Of a DNA stretch of 64,000 nucleotides, positions 38,196 to 47,800 are shown in pieces. Below the pieces are notes generated by a model. The model ran no database searches and was not told the origin of the DNA. It was given only the letters and a program-made list of their open reading frames with translations. Numbering within the stretch: position 1 is the stretch's first letter; each line of letters starts with the position of its first letter. The stretch comes from Bacillota bacterium. Its GTDB lineage: Bacteria; Sysuimicrobiota; Sysuimicrobiia; Sysuimicrobiales; Segetimicrobiaceae. Where the stretch lies: contig JAJPJL010000083.1 in the NCBI GenBank assembly GCA_021324255.1, forward strand, positions 9,291 through 73,290, read 5' to 3'. Position numbers and translations under genes: made by a program.

Positions 38196-39218
38196 CTACG
38201 GCGAGCGGGTCACGAGGTGATCCCACCCGGCCGGACGCAACGGCGTGCGCCGGCCGGCCGGCCCCACGATCCACCGGCCGGCGCGGCGCGGGACGATCTC
38301 CCCGATCCGCGTCACGGGCACGCCGGCGACCCGTGCCACCGCGCGCGCGGAGGTCTCGAATTCCGGCCGCGCGGTGAACAGCAATTCGTAGTCTTCCCCG
38401 CCCCCGAGCGCCCACACATACGGGTCGAGGTGTGCGGCCTGGGCCGCCGCGACGACGGCCGGCGCCACCGGCACGCGCTCGAGGTGGACGACCGCGCCGA
38501 CCCCGGACGCGTCGAGCACATGCGCGAGGTCCCGGGCCGTCCCGTCGCTGATGTCGATCGCCGCGGTCACGGCGCTGCGCGCCGCGAGCGCGCGGCCGGC
38601 ACGCACGCGCGGCGAGGGCCGGCGGTACGCCCGAAGGAGCGCCCGGGCCCCGCGCACCCGCACCCGCGGCCGGTGCGCCAAAAACAGCCCGGCCGCCGCG
38701 TTGCCGAGGGTCCCGGTCACCCACACCCCGTCCCCCGGCCTGGCGCCGCCCCGCGTGAGCACGCGCCCGGCCTCGCCGAGCACGGTCACGTCGAGCGCAA
38801 GCGGGCCCGAGGTGCGCGAGATGTTGCCGCCCACGACGATGACGCCGTGCGCGCGCGCGGCCTGCCCAATCCCGCGATACATCGCTTCGACGTCGCGCAG
38901 CGGCACTCCCGGCGGGAGCAGCACGGAGACGAGCGCGTAGCGCGGGGCGCCCCCCATCGAAGCAATGTCGCTCACGTTGACGGCCAGCGCCCGCCACCCG
39001 ATGTCGCCCGGGGCGCTCGTCCCGCGCCGGAAGTGGACGCCCTCGACTTGGACATCGCACGTGACCAGCGCGCCGCGGGGAAGCGACACGACGGCGGCGT
39101 CGTCGCCGATGCCGGTGCGCACGCCCGCGCCCGCCGCGGGGATGAGCCGGCGCAGGCGCTCAATCAGGTCGAACTCGCCGACCCGCCGCGGCGGGCGGTC
39201 AGCCCTGGAGGGCGGCAT
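38196..39218 (-). CDS. thiL: Thiamine-monophosphate kinase
   Basis: 340 aa. EFDLIERLRR...GIGDDAAV...DVQVEGVHF. ATG 39218 overlaps the thiE stop by 20 nt; an internal GTG at 39182 is an alternative start. Confidence 0.85.
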   Translation of the reverse strand: MPPSRADRPPRRVGEFDLIERLRRLIPAAGAGVRTGIGDDAAVVSLPRGALVTCDVQVEGVHFRRGTSAPGDIGWRALAVNVSDIASMGGAPRYALVSVLLPPGVPLRDVEAMYRGIGQAARAHGVIVVGGNISRTSGPLALDVTVLGEAGRVLTRGGARPGDGVWVTGTLGNAAAGLFLAHRPRVRVRGARALLRAYRRPSPRVRAGRALAARSAVTAAIDISDGTARDLAHVLDASGVGAVVHLERVPVAPAVVAAAQAAHLDPYVWALGGGEDYELLFTARPEFETSARAVARVAGVPVTRIGEIVPRRAGRWIVGPAGRRTPLRPAGWDHLVTRSP

Positions 39219-39840
39219 CCACCTGCTCCCGCAGCCGCTGCGTGGCTTTCACCATGTCATCGGCGAGCGTGATCGCCGTGATCACGGCCACCCCCGCCGC
39301 GCCGGCGCGGATCACGGCGGCCGCGTTCGCGATCGTGATGCCGCCGATCCCGACCACGGGGAGCGACGATGCGCGCCGCAGCTCCGCGATGCGCCCGAGC
39401 CCCACGGGCGCGCCGGCGTCGGCCTTGGTGCCGGTGGGGTACACCGCCCCGACGCCGAGATAGTCCGCGCCCGCGCGTTCGGCGTCGCGGGCCTCCTCGA
39501 CCGTGGCCGCGGAAACGCCGAGCCACCGGCCGGCCCCGAGCAGCCCCCGCGCCGCCGCCGCCGGCAGATCGTCCTGGCCCACGTGGGCGCCGTCCGCCTC
39601 CCCGGCGATCGCGACGTCCACGCGGTCGTTGACGATGAACGCCACCCCGGCCTCCCGGCACATCGCCGCGATACGCCGGGCCGTCTCCACGATGGTGCGG
39701 GCCGGCGCCCCCTTCATCCGGAGCTGTACGGCGGTGGCGCCCCCGCGGACGGCGGCCGCGGCGACCTCGACGTGGGAGCGCCCGCGCGATCGCTCCTCGC
39801 CGGTGATGACGTAGACGCGCCAGTCGCCGCGCGGTCTCAC
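39199..39840 (-). CDS. thiE: Thiamine-phosphate synthase
   Basis: 213 aa. VQLRMKG, HVGQDD, and GVGAVYPTGTK...PVVGIGGI. GTGA overlap with the thiM stop. Confidence 0.9.
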   Translation of the reverse strand: MRPRGDWRVYVITGEERSRGRSHVEVAAAAVRGGATAVQLRMKGAPARTIVETARRIAAMCREAGVAFIVNDRVDVAIAGEADGAHVGQDDLPAAAARGLLGAGRWLGVSAATVEEARDAERAGADYLGVGAVYPTGTKADAGAPVGLGRIAELRRASSLPVVGIGGITIANAAAVIRAGAAGVAVITAITLADDMVKATQRLREQVDAALQG

Positions 39841-40679
39841 GATCGCACGCGGGCCATCCGGACCACCGACGCGGGATCGAGCGACGCGAGGGCGTCGAGG
39901 AGCCGCACCCGAAACGTCCCGGGCCCCGGCGCGTCATCGGCGGCGAGCTCGGCGGCTACCCCGTAGCACACCAAGCCGGCCGCCGCGGCGGGCAGGACGG
40001 CCGGCTCGACGGCGCAGAACGCGGCGATCACCGCCGTGGCCATGCATCCCGTGCCGCTCACGCGCGCGAGGAGCGGGTGCCCGTTTTCGATCCAGACGGT
40101 GCGGACGCCGTCCGAGAGCACGTCGACCCGGCCGGTGGCGGCGACAACCGCCCCGGTGGCCGTCGCGAGCTCGCGAGCGACGTCGTCCACCCCCGCCACA
40201 TCCCCGGCGACGTCGACACCCCGGACGGTGCCGGAGCGCCCGGCGAGCGCGGCCACCTCTCCCGCGTTGCCGCGGCAACACGCCACGCGCACGGTCCCGA
40301 GCAACCGTTGCGCCTCCGCGGTGCGGAACGACGTCGCCCCGGCGCCCACCGGGTCGAAGATCACGGGCACGCCGGCGGCGTTGGCCCGCCGGCCGGCGCG
40401 AAGCATCGCATCCATGGTCGGTCTCGTGAGCGTCCCGATGTTCAGCGCGAGGGCGCTCGACGCGGCGGCGATCTCCTCCACCTCCTCGATCGCCTGGGCC
40501 ATCACGGGCGCGGCGCCCACGGCGACGGTCGCGTTCGCGACGTCGTTGACGGTGACGACATTGGTGATGTGGTGGATCAGCGGCCGGCGCTCCCGGACGC
40601 GCGCCAGGAGCGCCGCCGCGGCGGCCGGCGTGACCGGCGCCGGGGTGCCCCGCATCACGCCCCCCTCCGCGCTTCCCAT
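39837..40679 (-). CDS. thiM: Hydroxyethylthiazole kinase
   Basis: 280 aa. HHITNVVTVNDVAN...GAAPVMA and SGTGCMATAVIAAF. Confidence 0.85.
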   Translation of the reverse strand: MGSAEGGVMRGTPAPVTPAAAAALLARVRERRPLIHHITNVVTVNDVANATVAVGAAPVMAQAIEEVEEIAAASSALALNIGTLTRPTMDAMLRAGRRANAAGVPVIFDPVGAGATSFRTAEAQRLLGTVRVACCRGNAGEVAALAGRSGTVRGVDVAGDVAGVDDVARELATATGAVVAATGRVDVLSDGVRTVWIENGHPLLARVSGTGCMATAVIAAFCAVEPAVLPAAAAGLVCYGVAAELAADDAPGPGTFRVRLLDALASLDPASVVRMARVRS

Positions 40680-40737
40680 GGACGGCCGCGGCGGCCCGGC
40701 CCGGCCGGTCCGGCGCGCGGGACGCGGGAGGACGGCC

Positions 40738-41256
40738 TCACGCCGCGCGCCACGCGTTGACGGCGGGCACGCGGCGCAGCGCCCGCAACACCACGTACCC
40801 GACCAGCGTCCCGGGGATGCTGGCCGACAGAAAGGCGACCTGAAACCAGATCCAGGTGTGGTGCGTGCCGATGAGGGGCTGGAACGCGAGGGCCGCGAGC
40901 GTCGCGCCGATCGGGCCCGTGCCGATCGGCTCGCAGAGCGCCGCGGCGTCGTTGCGGAAGAGGCGGTAGGCGTAGCCGACGATCAGGGCGCCGAACGGGC
41001 TGCCCGGAAACGCGAACAGCGACCCGGTGTGCAGGCTGTACCGGAGGACGGCGGTCACGAGCGCCGCTCCCGCCGCGTACCACGGCCCGAGCAGCACCCC
41101 GGCCACCGCGTTGATCGTGTGCTGAAACGGCGCGATGCGCGTGGGACCGAGCGGGATGCTCAGGGGTCCCAGCGCAACCCCGATCGCCGCGAACACCGCG
41201 GCGAGGACGAGCCGGCGCAACGGGATGCTGCGGTCGGACGAATTGTGCGCGTTCAT
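40738..41256 (-). CDS. thiW: ECF-type S component ThiW (thiazole precursor uptake)
   Basis: Within ORF 40738..41520. ATG 41256 (ATGA overlap with the tenA stop). 172-aa, roughly 5-6-TM protein located between tenA and thiM. Family assignment rests on context and size. Confidence 0.65.
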   Translation of the reverse strand: MNAHNSSDRSIPLRRLVLAAVFAAIGVALGPLSIPLGPTRIAPFQHTINAVAGVLLGPWYAAGAALVTAVLRYSLHTGSLFAFPGSPFGALIVGYAYRLFRNDAAALCEPIGTGPIGATLAALAFQPLIGTHHTWIWFQVAFLSASIPGTLVGYVVLRALRRVPAVNAWRAA

Positions 41257-41921
41257 AGCGGCCACTCCTCCATTCGCCAGGCCATCTCCCAGAACAGATA
41301 CTCGTACCGTTCGCTCGTGAGGAACACGTCGCTCCACACCTCGGCCCGTGGGGCCGGTGCGTCCGATGCCAGGCGATCGAAGACGTCGACCATCCAGCGC
41401 GCCAGGCTCTCGTACTCGTCCGACGTATACATCCGGATCCAATTGGCGTACAGCGGTTGCCGCTCCGGCAGGCCGGCCGCGCGCAGGCCCGTGGCGATCT
41501 CCCAGTAGCCGTGCGCGCACGGCAGCACCGCGGCGAGGATCGTCGCGAGGTCCTCGGTCTCCGCGACGAGCCGGAGGTGGCGCGTGTACGCGGCCGTCGT
41601 CGGTGCGGGCCGCGTGGCTTCGAGGGCCTCCGGCGAGATGCCGGCCGCCCAGCAGGCGTCCCGGTGGAGATCCATCTCGGTGTTCAGCGTCACGTTCAGC
41701 ACGTCCGCGAGGCGCGCGGCCGTGGCGAGGTCATCCGCCCTGGCGACCGCGAGCGCGAGCACGCGGCAGTACTCGATGAGAAAGCAGTAGTCCTGATGGA
41801 GGTAGTACTGGTAGCGGTCCCCGGGGAGCGACCCGTCGCCCAACCCGAGCACAAACGGGTGCGTCTGGATCCGCGCCCGAATCGGCGCGGCGGCCTCGTG
41901 GAGGCGGGCAAACGGCGTCAC
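41253..41921 (-). CDS. tenA: Aminopyrimidine aminohydrolase / thiaminase II (TenA family)
   Basis: Within ORF 41253..42008. GTG 41921 (GTGA overlap with the thiY stop). Motifs HPFVLGLGDGSLPGDRYQYYLHQDYCFL and YEYLFWEMAW. Confidence 0.8.
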   Translation of the reverse strand: MTPFARLHEAAAPIRARIQTHPFVLGLGDGSLPGDRYQYYLHQDYCFLIEYCRVLALAVARADDLATAARLADVLNVTLNTEMDLHRDACWAAGISPEALEATRPAPTTAAYTRHLRLVAETEDLATILAAVLPCAHGYWEIATGLRAAGLPERQPLYANWIRMYTSDEYESLARWMVDVFDRLASDAPAPRAEVWSDVFLTSERYEYLFWEMAWRMEEWPL

Positions 41922-42889
41922 GGCGCGAGGTTGACGAAGAGGTCCCGGGCCGCGACGGGCGCGGAGATCACCTTGTGGGACGCCATCCAGCGGCTGAAGG
42001 CGTCCCACGTCGACGCGCCCTGGGTCTGCGTCCGAGCATAATACGGGAGCGTGGCCGCAAACGAGCGGCGGTTGAACGTGTCGCCGAGCGTGGGGTTGAG
42101 ACGAACGTAGTCGCGGAACGCCGCCTCGGGATGGGCTTCCGTGAACGCGAGACCCCGGGCCACGGCGCCGACGAACCGGCCGAGCGCCGGCCGCCGCGCG
42201 GCGATCCCCCGGTCCCGGGCGATCAGCACGAGTTCGTAGAACGCCGGCACGCCGTATCGCTCGGGCTCGAACATGCCCACCTGTTGCCCCTGCATCTCGA
42301 TCTGCACCCGTTCGACGTTGCGATACGCGCCCACGACCGCGTCGACCTTGTGCGTGAGCAGCGCGGGGACGAGGTCGAACCCGACGTTGACCATCGTGAT
42401 GGTCCCGGGGTTGCCGCCGTCGCTCTGGACGACCTGGTCGACGACGGCGTCCTCGTAGCCGGTCACGGCAAACCCCACGCGGCGGCCCTGCAGGTCCCTG
42501 GGCCGCCGAATCCCGGACCGCTCGAGAAACATGATCGTGGTGAGCGGCTGGCCGATCAGGAGCCCGATGCTCTTGACCGGGAGACCTTGGGCGCGTGCGA
42601 TGATGACGCTCGGTTCGTAGTTCACGGCGACGTCGACGCGGCCGACGGCCGCCAGCTTGAGCGGGTCATCGGCGTTCGCCGGAACCTGCAGCGCCACGTG
42701 CAGCCCCGCCTGCGTAAAGTACCCTTCCGCGACCGCCGCGTACAGGGGGACGTGGTCCGGGTTGGGAAACCAGTCCAGCATGAACGTGAGCTGCTCGGGC
42801 GCGGCCGCACCCGCGGAGCCGCCGGCCGGGCTCATCGCGACGGCCATTACCGCGAGCGCGGCGACGGCCATGCCCACCACGCGCGTCAT
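41918..42889 (-). CDS. thiY: NMT1/THI5-like ABC substrate-binding protein (ThiY, pyrimidine-precursor binding)
   Basis: 323 aa. Signal peptide, then LTFMLDWFPNPDHVPLYAA, typical of NMT1/THI5-fold SBPs. Lies within the thiamine operon. Confidence 0.75.
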   Translation of the reverse strand: MTRVVGMAVAALAVMAVAMSPAGGSAGAAAPEQLTFMLDWFPNPDHVPLYAAVAEGYFTQAGLHVALQVPANADDPLKLAAVGRVDVAVNYEPSVIIARAQGLPVKSIGLLIGQPLTTIMFLERSGIRRPRDLQGRRVGFAVTGYEDAVVDQVVQSDGGNPGTITMVNVGFDLVPALLTHKVDAVVGAYRNVERVQIEMQGQQVGMFEPERYGVPAFYELVLIARDRGIAARRPALGRFVGAVARGLAFTEAHPEAAFRDYVRLNPTLGDTFNRRSFAATLPYYARTQTQGASTWDAFSRWMASHKVISAPVAARDLFVNLAP

Positions 42890-42977
42890 ACCCCTCCCTC
42901 CTCGCCGCCGTCGTCTATATCAGTGCCGCGTCTTTGCTGTGTCCGGCCGGCTCGCCCCCGTGCTCGGCAATGAGGCA

Positions 42978-43829
42978 TTAGCGAGTGCCCTCACGCCGCC
43001 ACGGCAGCGCCGCCCACTCGAGGGCGGAGACGGCGCCAAACAGCGCCAGCGCCATGACGCTCAGATACACGATGGCCGCGAAGACGCGGTCGATGTGGAG
43101 TTGTGCGTTCGCGTGGATCATGTCGAAGCCGAGCCCGCGCGTTGCGCCGACCCACTCGCCGATCACCGCGCCGATGACGCTCGTCGCCACCGCGATGCGC
43201 ACGCCCGAGAACACAAACGGCAGCGCCGCGGGGATTCGGATCGTCAGCAGAATCCGCCGCCGGCCGGCGCCGAGGATCCGCAAGAGGTTGACGAGATCCT
43301 CGTCCGCCGCGCGCAGGCCGTCCACCGTGTTCACCACGATGGGGAAGAACACGATCAAGGCGGCCATGGCCACTTTCGAGGCCATGCCGTACCCGAACCA
43401 CACGATCAGCAACGGGGCGATCGCGAACACCGGAACCGTCTGGCTCGCGATGACGAGCGGGTAGACGGCACGCTCGACGGTCCGGGACGACACGATGGCG
43501 AGCGCCAGCGCCACGCCGACCACAAACGCGACCGCGAAGCCGAGCAGCACCTCCGCGAGGGTCACCGTCGCGTCGCCCAGCAAGATCGCGCGGTCGGCGA
43601 TGAGCACGGCCGCGATCTGACTCGGCGGCGGCAGGATGTACGGCGGCACGCCGAACGCGCGGACCGCCCACTCCCAGCCGGCAATCAGGACCGCGATCAG
43701 CCCCGCCGGAGGCGCGGCTTGACGCCACCAGGCGCCGGCGCGCCGCAGCAACCTGCCCGGGCGCGCGCCCCGGGCGCGCGCGGCGCCGAGCGTCGTCTTT
43801 GCGATCTGCCGCGGGCTGAGCGCGCTCAT
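42978..43829 (-). CDS. thiX: ABC permease (ThiX; NitT/TauT-type binding-protein-dependent permease)
   Basis: C-terminal 283 aa of ORF 42978..44588. ATG 43829 (ATGA overlap with the thiZ stop). Six predicted TM segments and an EAA-like loop (DEDLVNLLRILGAGRRRILLTIRIPAALP). Confidence 0.75.
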   Translation of the reverse strand: MSALSPRQIAKTTLGAARARGARPGRLLRRAGAWWRQAAPPAGLIAVLIAGWEWAVRAFGVPPYILPPPSQIAAVLIADRAILLGDATVTLAEVLLGFAVAFVVGVALALAIVSSRTVERAVYPLVIASQTVPVFAIAPLLIVWFGYGMASKVAMAALIVFFPIVVNTVDGLRAADEDLVNLLRILGAGRRRILLTIRIPAALPFVFSGVRIAVATSVIGAVIGEWVGATRGLGFDMIHANAQLHIDRVFAAIVYLSVMALALFGAVSALEWAALPWRREGTR

Positions 43830-44632
43830 CAGTCGGCTCCCGCGGGAACTCCACGGAGCAGGTCGAGGATCTCCGCCTTCAGGCGCACGACCTCGGGGTC
43901 GGTGGCGCGGCGGGGCCCGGGCTCCGGGGCTCGCCGCACGGCGCGCACGCGGCCGGGCCGGTCGGTCAGCACGTAGATGCGGTCGGACAGGAGCACCGCT
44001 TCCTCGACGTCGTGGGTGATGAACAACACGGTCCTGTGAAACTCGCTGCGCAGGCGCAGGAGGTACTCCTGCATGGCGGCGCGCGTCATGGCGTCGAGCG
44101 CCCCGAACGGCTCGTCCAACACCAACATCTCGCGCCGGCAGAGCAGCGTGCGGACGAGCGCCACGCGCTGACGCATGCCGCCCGAGAGCGCCGCGGGGTA
44201 CGCGGCCTCGAAGCCCTCCAGGCCGAACTCGCGCAGCAGGTCGCGCGCTTCGGCCCGCGCGACGGCGCGATCCACCCCCTGCACCTCCAGGCCGAGCGTG
44301 GCGTTGCCGAGCACGGTGCGCCACGGCAGGAGCAAGTCCTTTTGCTGCATGTACGCTACGCGGCCGCGCGTCCCGTCGATGAGGGCGCCGTCGAGGCGGA
44401 CCGTGCCTGCGTCCGGACGGAACAGCCCGGCCACGATGTTGCACAGCGTGCTCTTGCCGCAGCCGCTCGGTCCGAGCAGCGTGACGAACTCGTGCTCCGC
44501 GACGGACATCGAGACCCCCGCGAGCGCCTCGACCCACGGGCCTCCGGCCGCGGCGCCCGCGGCGGGAAAGCGCTTCGCGACGCCGCACACCTCGAGTTTG
44601 GCGCGCTCCCCACGCGCGTGGTTCTGGCTCAT
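43829..44632 (-). CDS. thiZ: ABC ATP-binding protein (ThiZ)
   Basis: Within ORF 43829..44734, whose 5' part overlaps the riboswitch, so ATG 44632 was chosen (MSQNHARGERAKLEVCGVAKRF). GPSGCGKST, LSGGMRQRV, LVLDEPFGALD. Confidence 0.8.
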   Translation of the reverse strand: MSQNHARGERAKLEVCGVAKRFPAAGAAAGGPWVEALAGVSMSVAEHEFVTLLGPSGCGKSTLCNIVAGLFRPDAGTVRLDGALIDGTRGRVAYMQQKDLLLPWRTVLGNATLGLEVQGVDRAVARAEARDLLREFGLEGFEAAYPAALSGGMRQRVALVRTLLCRREMLVLDEPFGALDAMTRAAMQEYLLRLRSEFHRTVLFITHDVEEAVLLSDRIYVLTDRPGRVRAVRRAPEPGPRRATDPEVVRLKAEILDLLRGVPAGAD

Positions 44633-44715
44633 CTCGACTTCCGATGCGGCGACCCGGTGCGCGCCGTCGCCGCCTGCAAATAGCAGCGCCGCCCCGGAAT
44701 GGGACGGCGCATCAC

Positions 44716-44812
44716 AGCCTCCCTCCGCTGGCATTACCCAGATCAGGTTCCGGGGTCGATGGCGGTCACAGCCATCCTCTCAGCCTGGTCGTTCCAAGCT
44801 CCCCCACCGCTA
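44716..44812 (-). promoter_or_regulatory. TPP (THI-box) riboswitch
   Basis: The minus-strand reads GGUGGGGGAGC...GGCUGAGAGG...GACCCCGGAACCUGAUCUGGGUAAUGCCAGCGGAGGGAGG. This contains the canonical CUGAGA and ACCUGAUCUGGGUAAUGCCAGCG cores. It ends about 85 nt upstream of the thiZ ATG. Confidence 0.85.
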
Positions 44813-44830
44813 TGCAATTGTGACGCTCTC

Positions 44831-44839
44831 AGTATACCA
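44831..44839 (-). promoter_or_regulatory. Candidate extended -10 element (TGGTATACT) for the thiamine operon
   Basis: Reverse complement of agtatacca. Located about 20 nt upstream of the riboswitch 5' end, in the 77-nt gap after the SARP gene stop. No good -35 element. Confidence 0.4.
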
Positions 44840-44889
44840 CAGCGCGCGGAGATCGGTGACCGAGCGCAACGGCGCTCCACGGCCGGTCG

Positions 44890-47800
44890 CTATGACCCGT
44901 GCGGTTCCCTGCGCGGCACATCCGGCGTGTCCCCAGGGGTTCCGGATCGTTCCTCCGCCTCCGCGACGAGCCGCTCCAGCGCGGCAAGCACAGCATCCAG
45001 CGCGGCGCTCGACCGCACGGCCTGTTCCAGGTCGTCCGCGCGGGGCAGCGGCGGCAGACTCGGGAGGGAGTCGCCTGTCAACTCCCGGTAGCGCGCCCGG
45101 TATTCAGCCACGGGATGCGTCTCGTATGCCGCGCGGTACAACGCCGCCGCGGCCTCGCGGTGGTCGTCGAGGGTGCGATCCAGTTGCCACGCGGCGTCGT
45201 GGAGGAGCGCCCGGTCGGCCGGCGCGGGCCACGCGTCCCGCAACCGATCGAGCTCGGCGACGGCGGCGGGGACCGAGGCCTCACCGAGGGCCACCTGCAA
45301 TTGGACGAGCAGGACGCCCGTGGTCAGCTGGATGTCTCGCCGGCCGGCCCGCTGGGCGACCCGTAGAGCCTCCGTGGCCAGCGGCCGGGCATCGGCAGGG
45401 CTGCCCCGGGCCAGGGCGACCTCGGCCTGCCAGGCCAGGTGCTTGCAGAGATGATACGGGGCGCCGAGGCGGCGGCCGACGGCGACGGCCGCCGCGAGCA
45501 GCCGTTCCGCATCGGCGTATTGTCCCTGCAGCATCAGGCCCCGGGCGACGTTTCCCGCCGCGACGCTCGCGTGCCACTCATCACCGATGTCCACGGACCG
45601 CGCCAGCGCCCACAGGCCGTACCGGATCGCTTGGGCCGTCTCGCCGCCGGCGTGGTAGACGAGGGCCGCGTTGCCGGCAGCGATAGCCATCGACCGTTCG
45701 GCGCCGATCGCGCTCGCCGTCCGCCACGACTCCGCAAACCAGGCGAGCGCTTCTGCGTGACGGCCCTGCCGCTGCAGGGCGGTTCCAACATTGCCCATCG
45801 CCCGCGCCATGCTCGCTCGGTCTCCGAGGTCGCGTGCGATCGCGAGATGCTCCTCGAAGCAGGCCAGCGCTCGGGCGTGGTCCCCGAGGTCGTCGTACAC
45901 GAGCCCGGCATGCCCGACGGCTTCGGCGATTCTCCCCCGGTCCCCGGCCTCGCTCGCGAGCCGCCGCATCTCCGCGTAGCAATCGAGCGCCTGCTCGTAG
46001 TTTCCCTGATACCAGTGGGCGATGCCCATGTGCCACACGACGTCGGCCAAGCCGGCGCGGTCGCCGCGCAATCGGAAGACGGCCCCGGCCGATTCCAGGT
46101 GGACGAGCGCCTCCTCGTACGCCCCCCGAAACAGGACAAGCACCCGGCCGAGCGCGGTGCGGCATCGCGCCTGCGCCGCCTGGTCCGCGATCTGCTCCGC
46201 CAGCTCGAGCGCGCGCCGGTACGCGCCGGCCGCCTGCGCGGACCGGCCCGTGAGCTGCCATACGTCGCCCAGGGCGCACAGCGCGTCGATGCGATCGGAC
46301 CCCGCGGTGATGGCGACCAGTCGCTCGTAGTAGCCGGCGGCCAGCTCGTTGGCGTATATGTTTCGGGCCGCTTGCGCGGCGCGCCGGTAATACGGGACGG
46401 CCTGCGCCTGCGCGCCGCTCAGGTCGAAGTGGGTCGCGATCTCGCCGCTTGGCGCCTCCACGGCCGGGGAGTGCTCGTGGACCAGGGCTTCCGCGGTCCG
46501 CCCGTGAAGCCACGCGCGATGGTGGCGGCTCAGACGCCCGTACACGACCTCCCGGACGGCGTCGTGGCTGAAGGCGTAGGTGTCCGTGCCGGACTCGCGA
46601 AGGACACGGGACTGCCACAACTCGTCGACGGCCTCCACGAGTGGAGCCTCCTCGCCGCCGGCCACGCGCGCCAGAAAACGAAACGTGAAGGGCCGGCCGA
46701 TCACCGCCGCGACCGCGGCCGCGTCGCAGGCCTGCGGCGACAGCCCGGCCAGGCGCGACTCGATCACGGCGCGGACTCGCGGGGGGAGCGCGCCGTCCAA
46801 CGGCGCGCCGGGGCGCGTCCAGCCGGCGCGCGCCAGCTCGACGACAAACAGCGGGTTGCCGCCCGTCACCCGGAATATGCGCTCGGCTACGCTGTCGTCC
46901 GGGGGGACGCCGCTTGCGGCGCCTGCCAGGATCGCGGTCGCCGGGGCGTCGAGCGGCGCGATCTCGATCTCGGTCAACCGCCCGTCGTGCCGCCAGGAGG
47001 CGAAGGTCCGCTCCGCGGTGCGGTCCGGGCGCGGCGCGGACCGGACGGTGGCGACCAGCAGGACGTGTTCGGCGTCCTCGTGCCGAGTGAGATAGTGCAG
47101 CCACTCCAGGCTGTCGGGATCGCACCACTGCAGATCGTCCACGACGGCGACCAGCGGCCGGTGTGCCAGCAGCGCGCGCGCCATCGCCTCGAAGAGCCGG
47201 CGGCGCTGCCAGCCTTCTGTGAGCGGTGGAGCCGCGCCGGATGGGTGCCCCCGCTCCGCGGCAAGTTCCGGAAGCACGCGGGCGATCTCGCGCCGCCAGG
47301 GCTCCGCGAGGGGCGGGAGCGGCCGCGACCGCAACAGCATCGCGACCGGGGCGTAGGCGAGCCTGCCCTCCGCGCCGAAGCATCGCGCCACCGCCGTCGC
47401 AACGCCTTGGCGCGCCGCCCATTCGAGGACCTCGTCCGCCAACCGCGTCTTTCCGATGCCCGCCTCGCCGGCCAGCAGCACCACGTGAGCGCGGCCCGAC
47501 GAGGCCTCGGCCCAGGCCGATCGGATTCGCTCCCACTCCCGCTCCCGTCCAACCAGCCGCGGCGCGGCCGGCATGGGCGGCGGGACGCGCTCCGCCTCGC
47601 CGGACAGCAGGCGTTCGTATGCGCTACGGGTGAGCGCGCTCGGTTCCACGCCGAGCTCCCGCTGGAGCGCCGTGGCACAAGTGTGATACACGTGCAACGC
47701 GCCCGCCCGGTCTCCCATCTGCGCGTACAGGCGCATGAGGAGCTGGTAAGTGGCTTCCCGCAGCGGATCCTGGTCGAGGAGCTGGCGCCCGTAGGCGATC

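Noticed and set aside
42890-42977. Possible second TPP riboswitch in the 88-nt gap before thiY, or the 58-nt gap before thiW (40680-40737).
   Set aside because: Neither gap contains the CUGAGA or ACCUGAUCUGG.UAAUGCC cores on the minus strand, and both are too short for a full aptamer plus expression platform.
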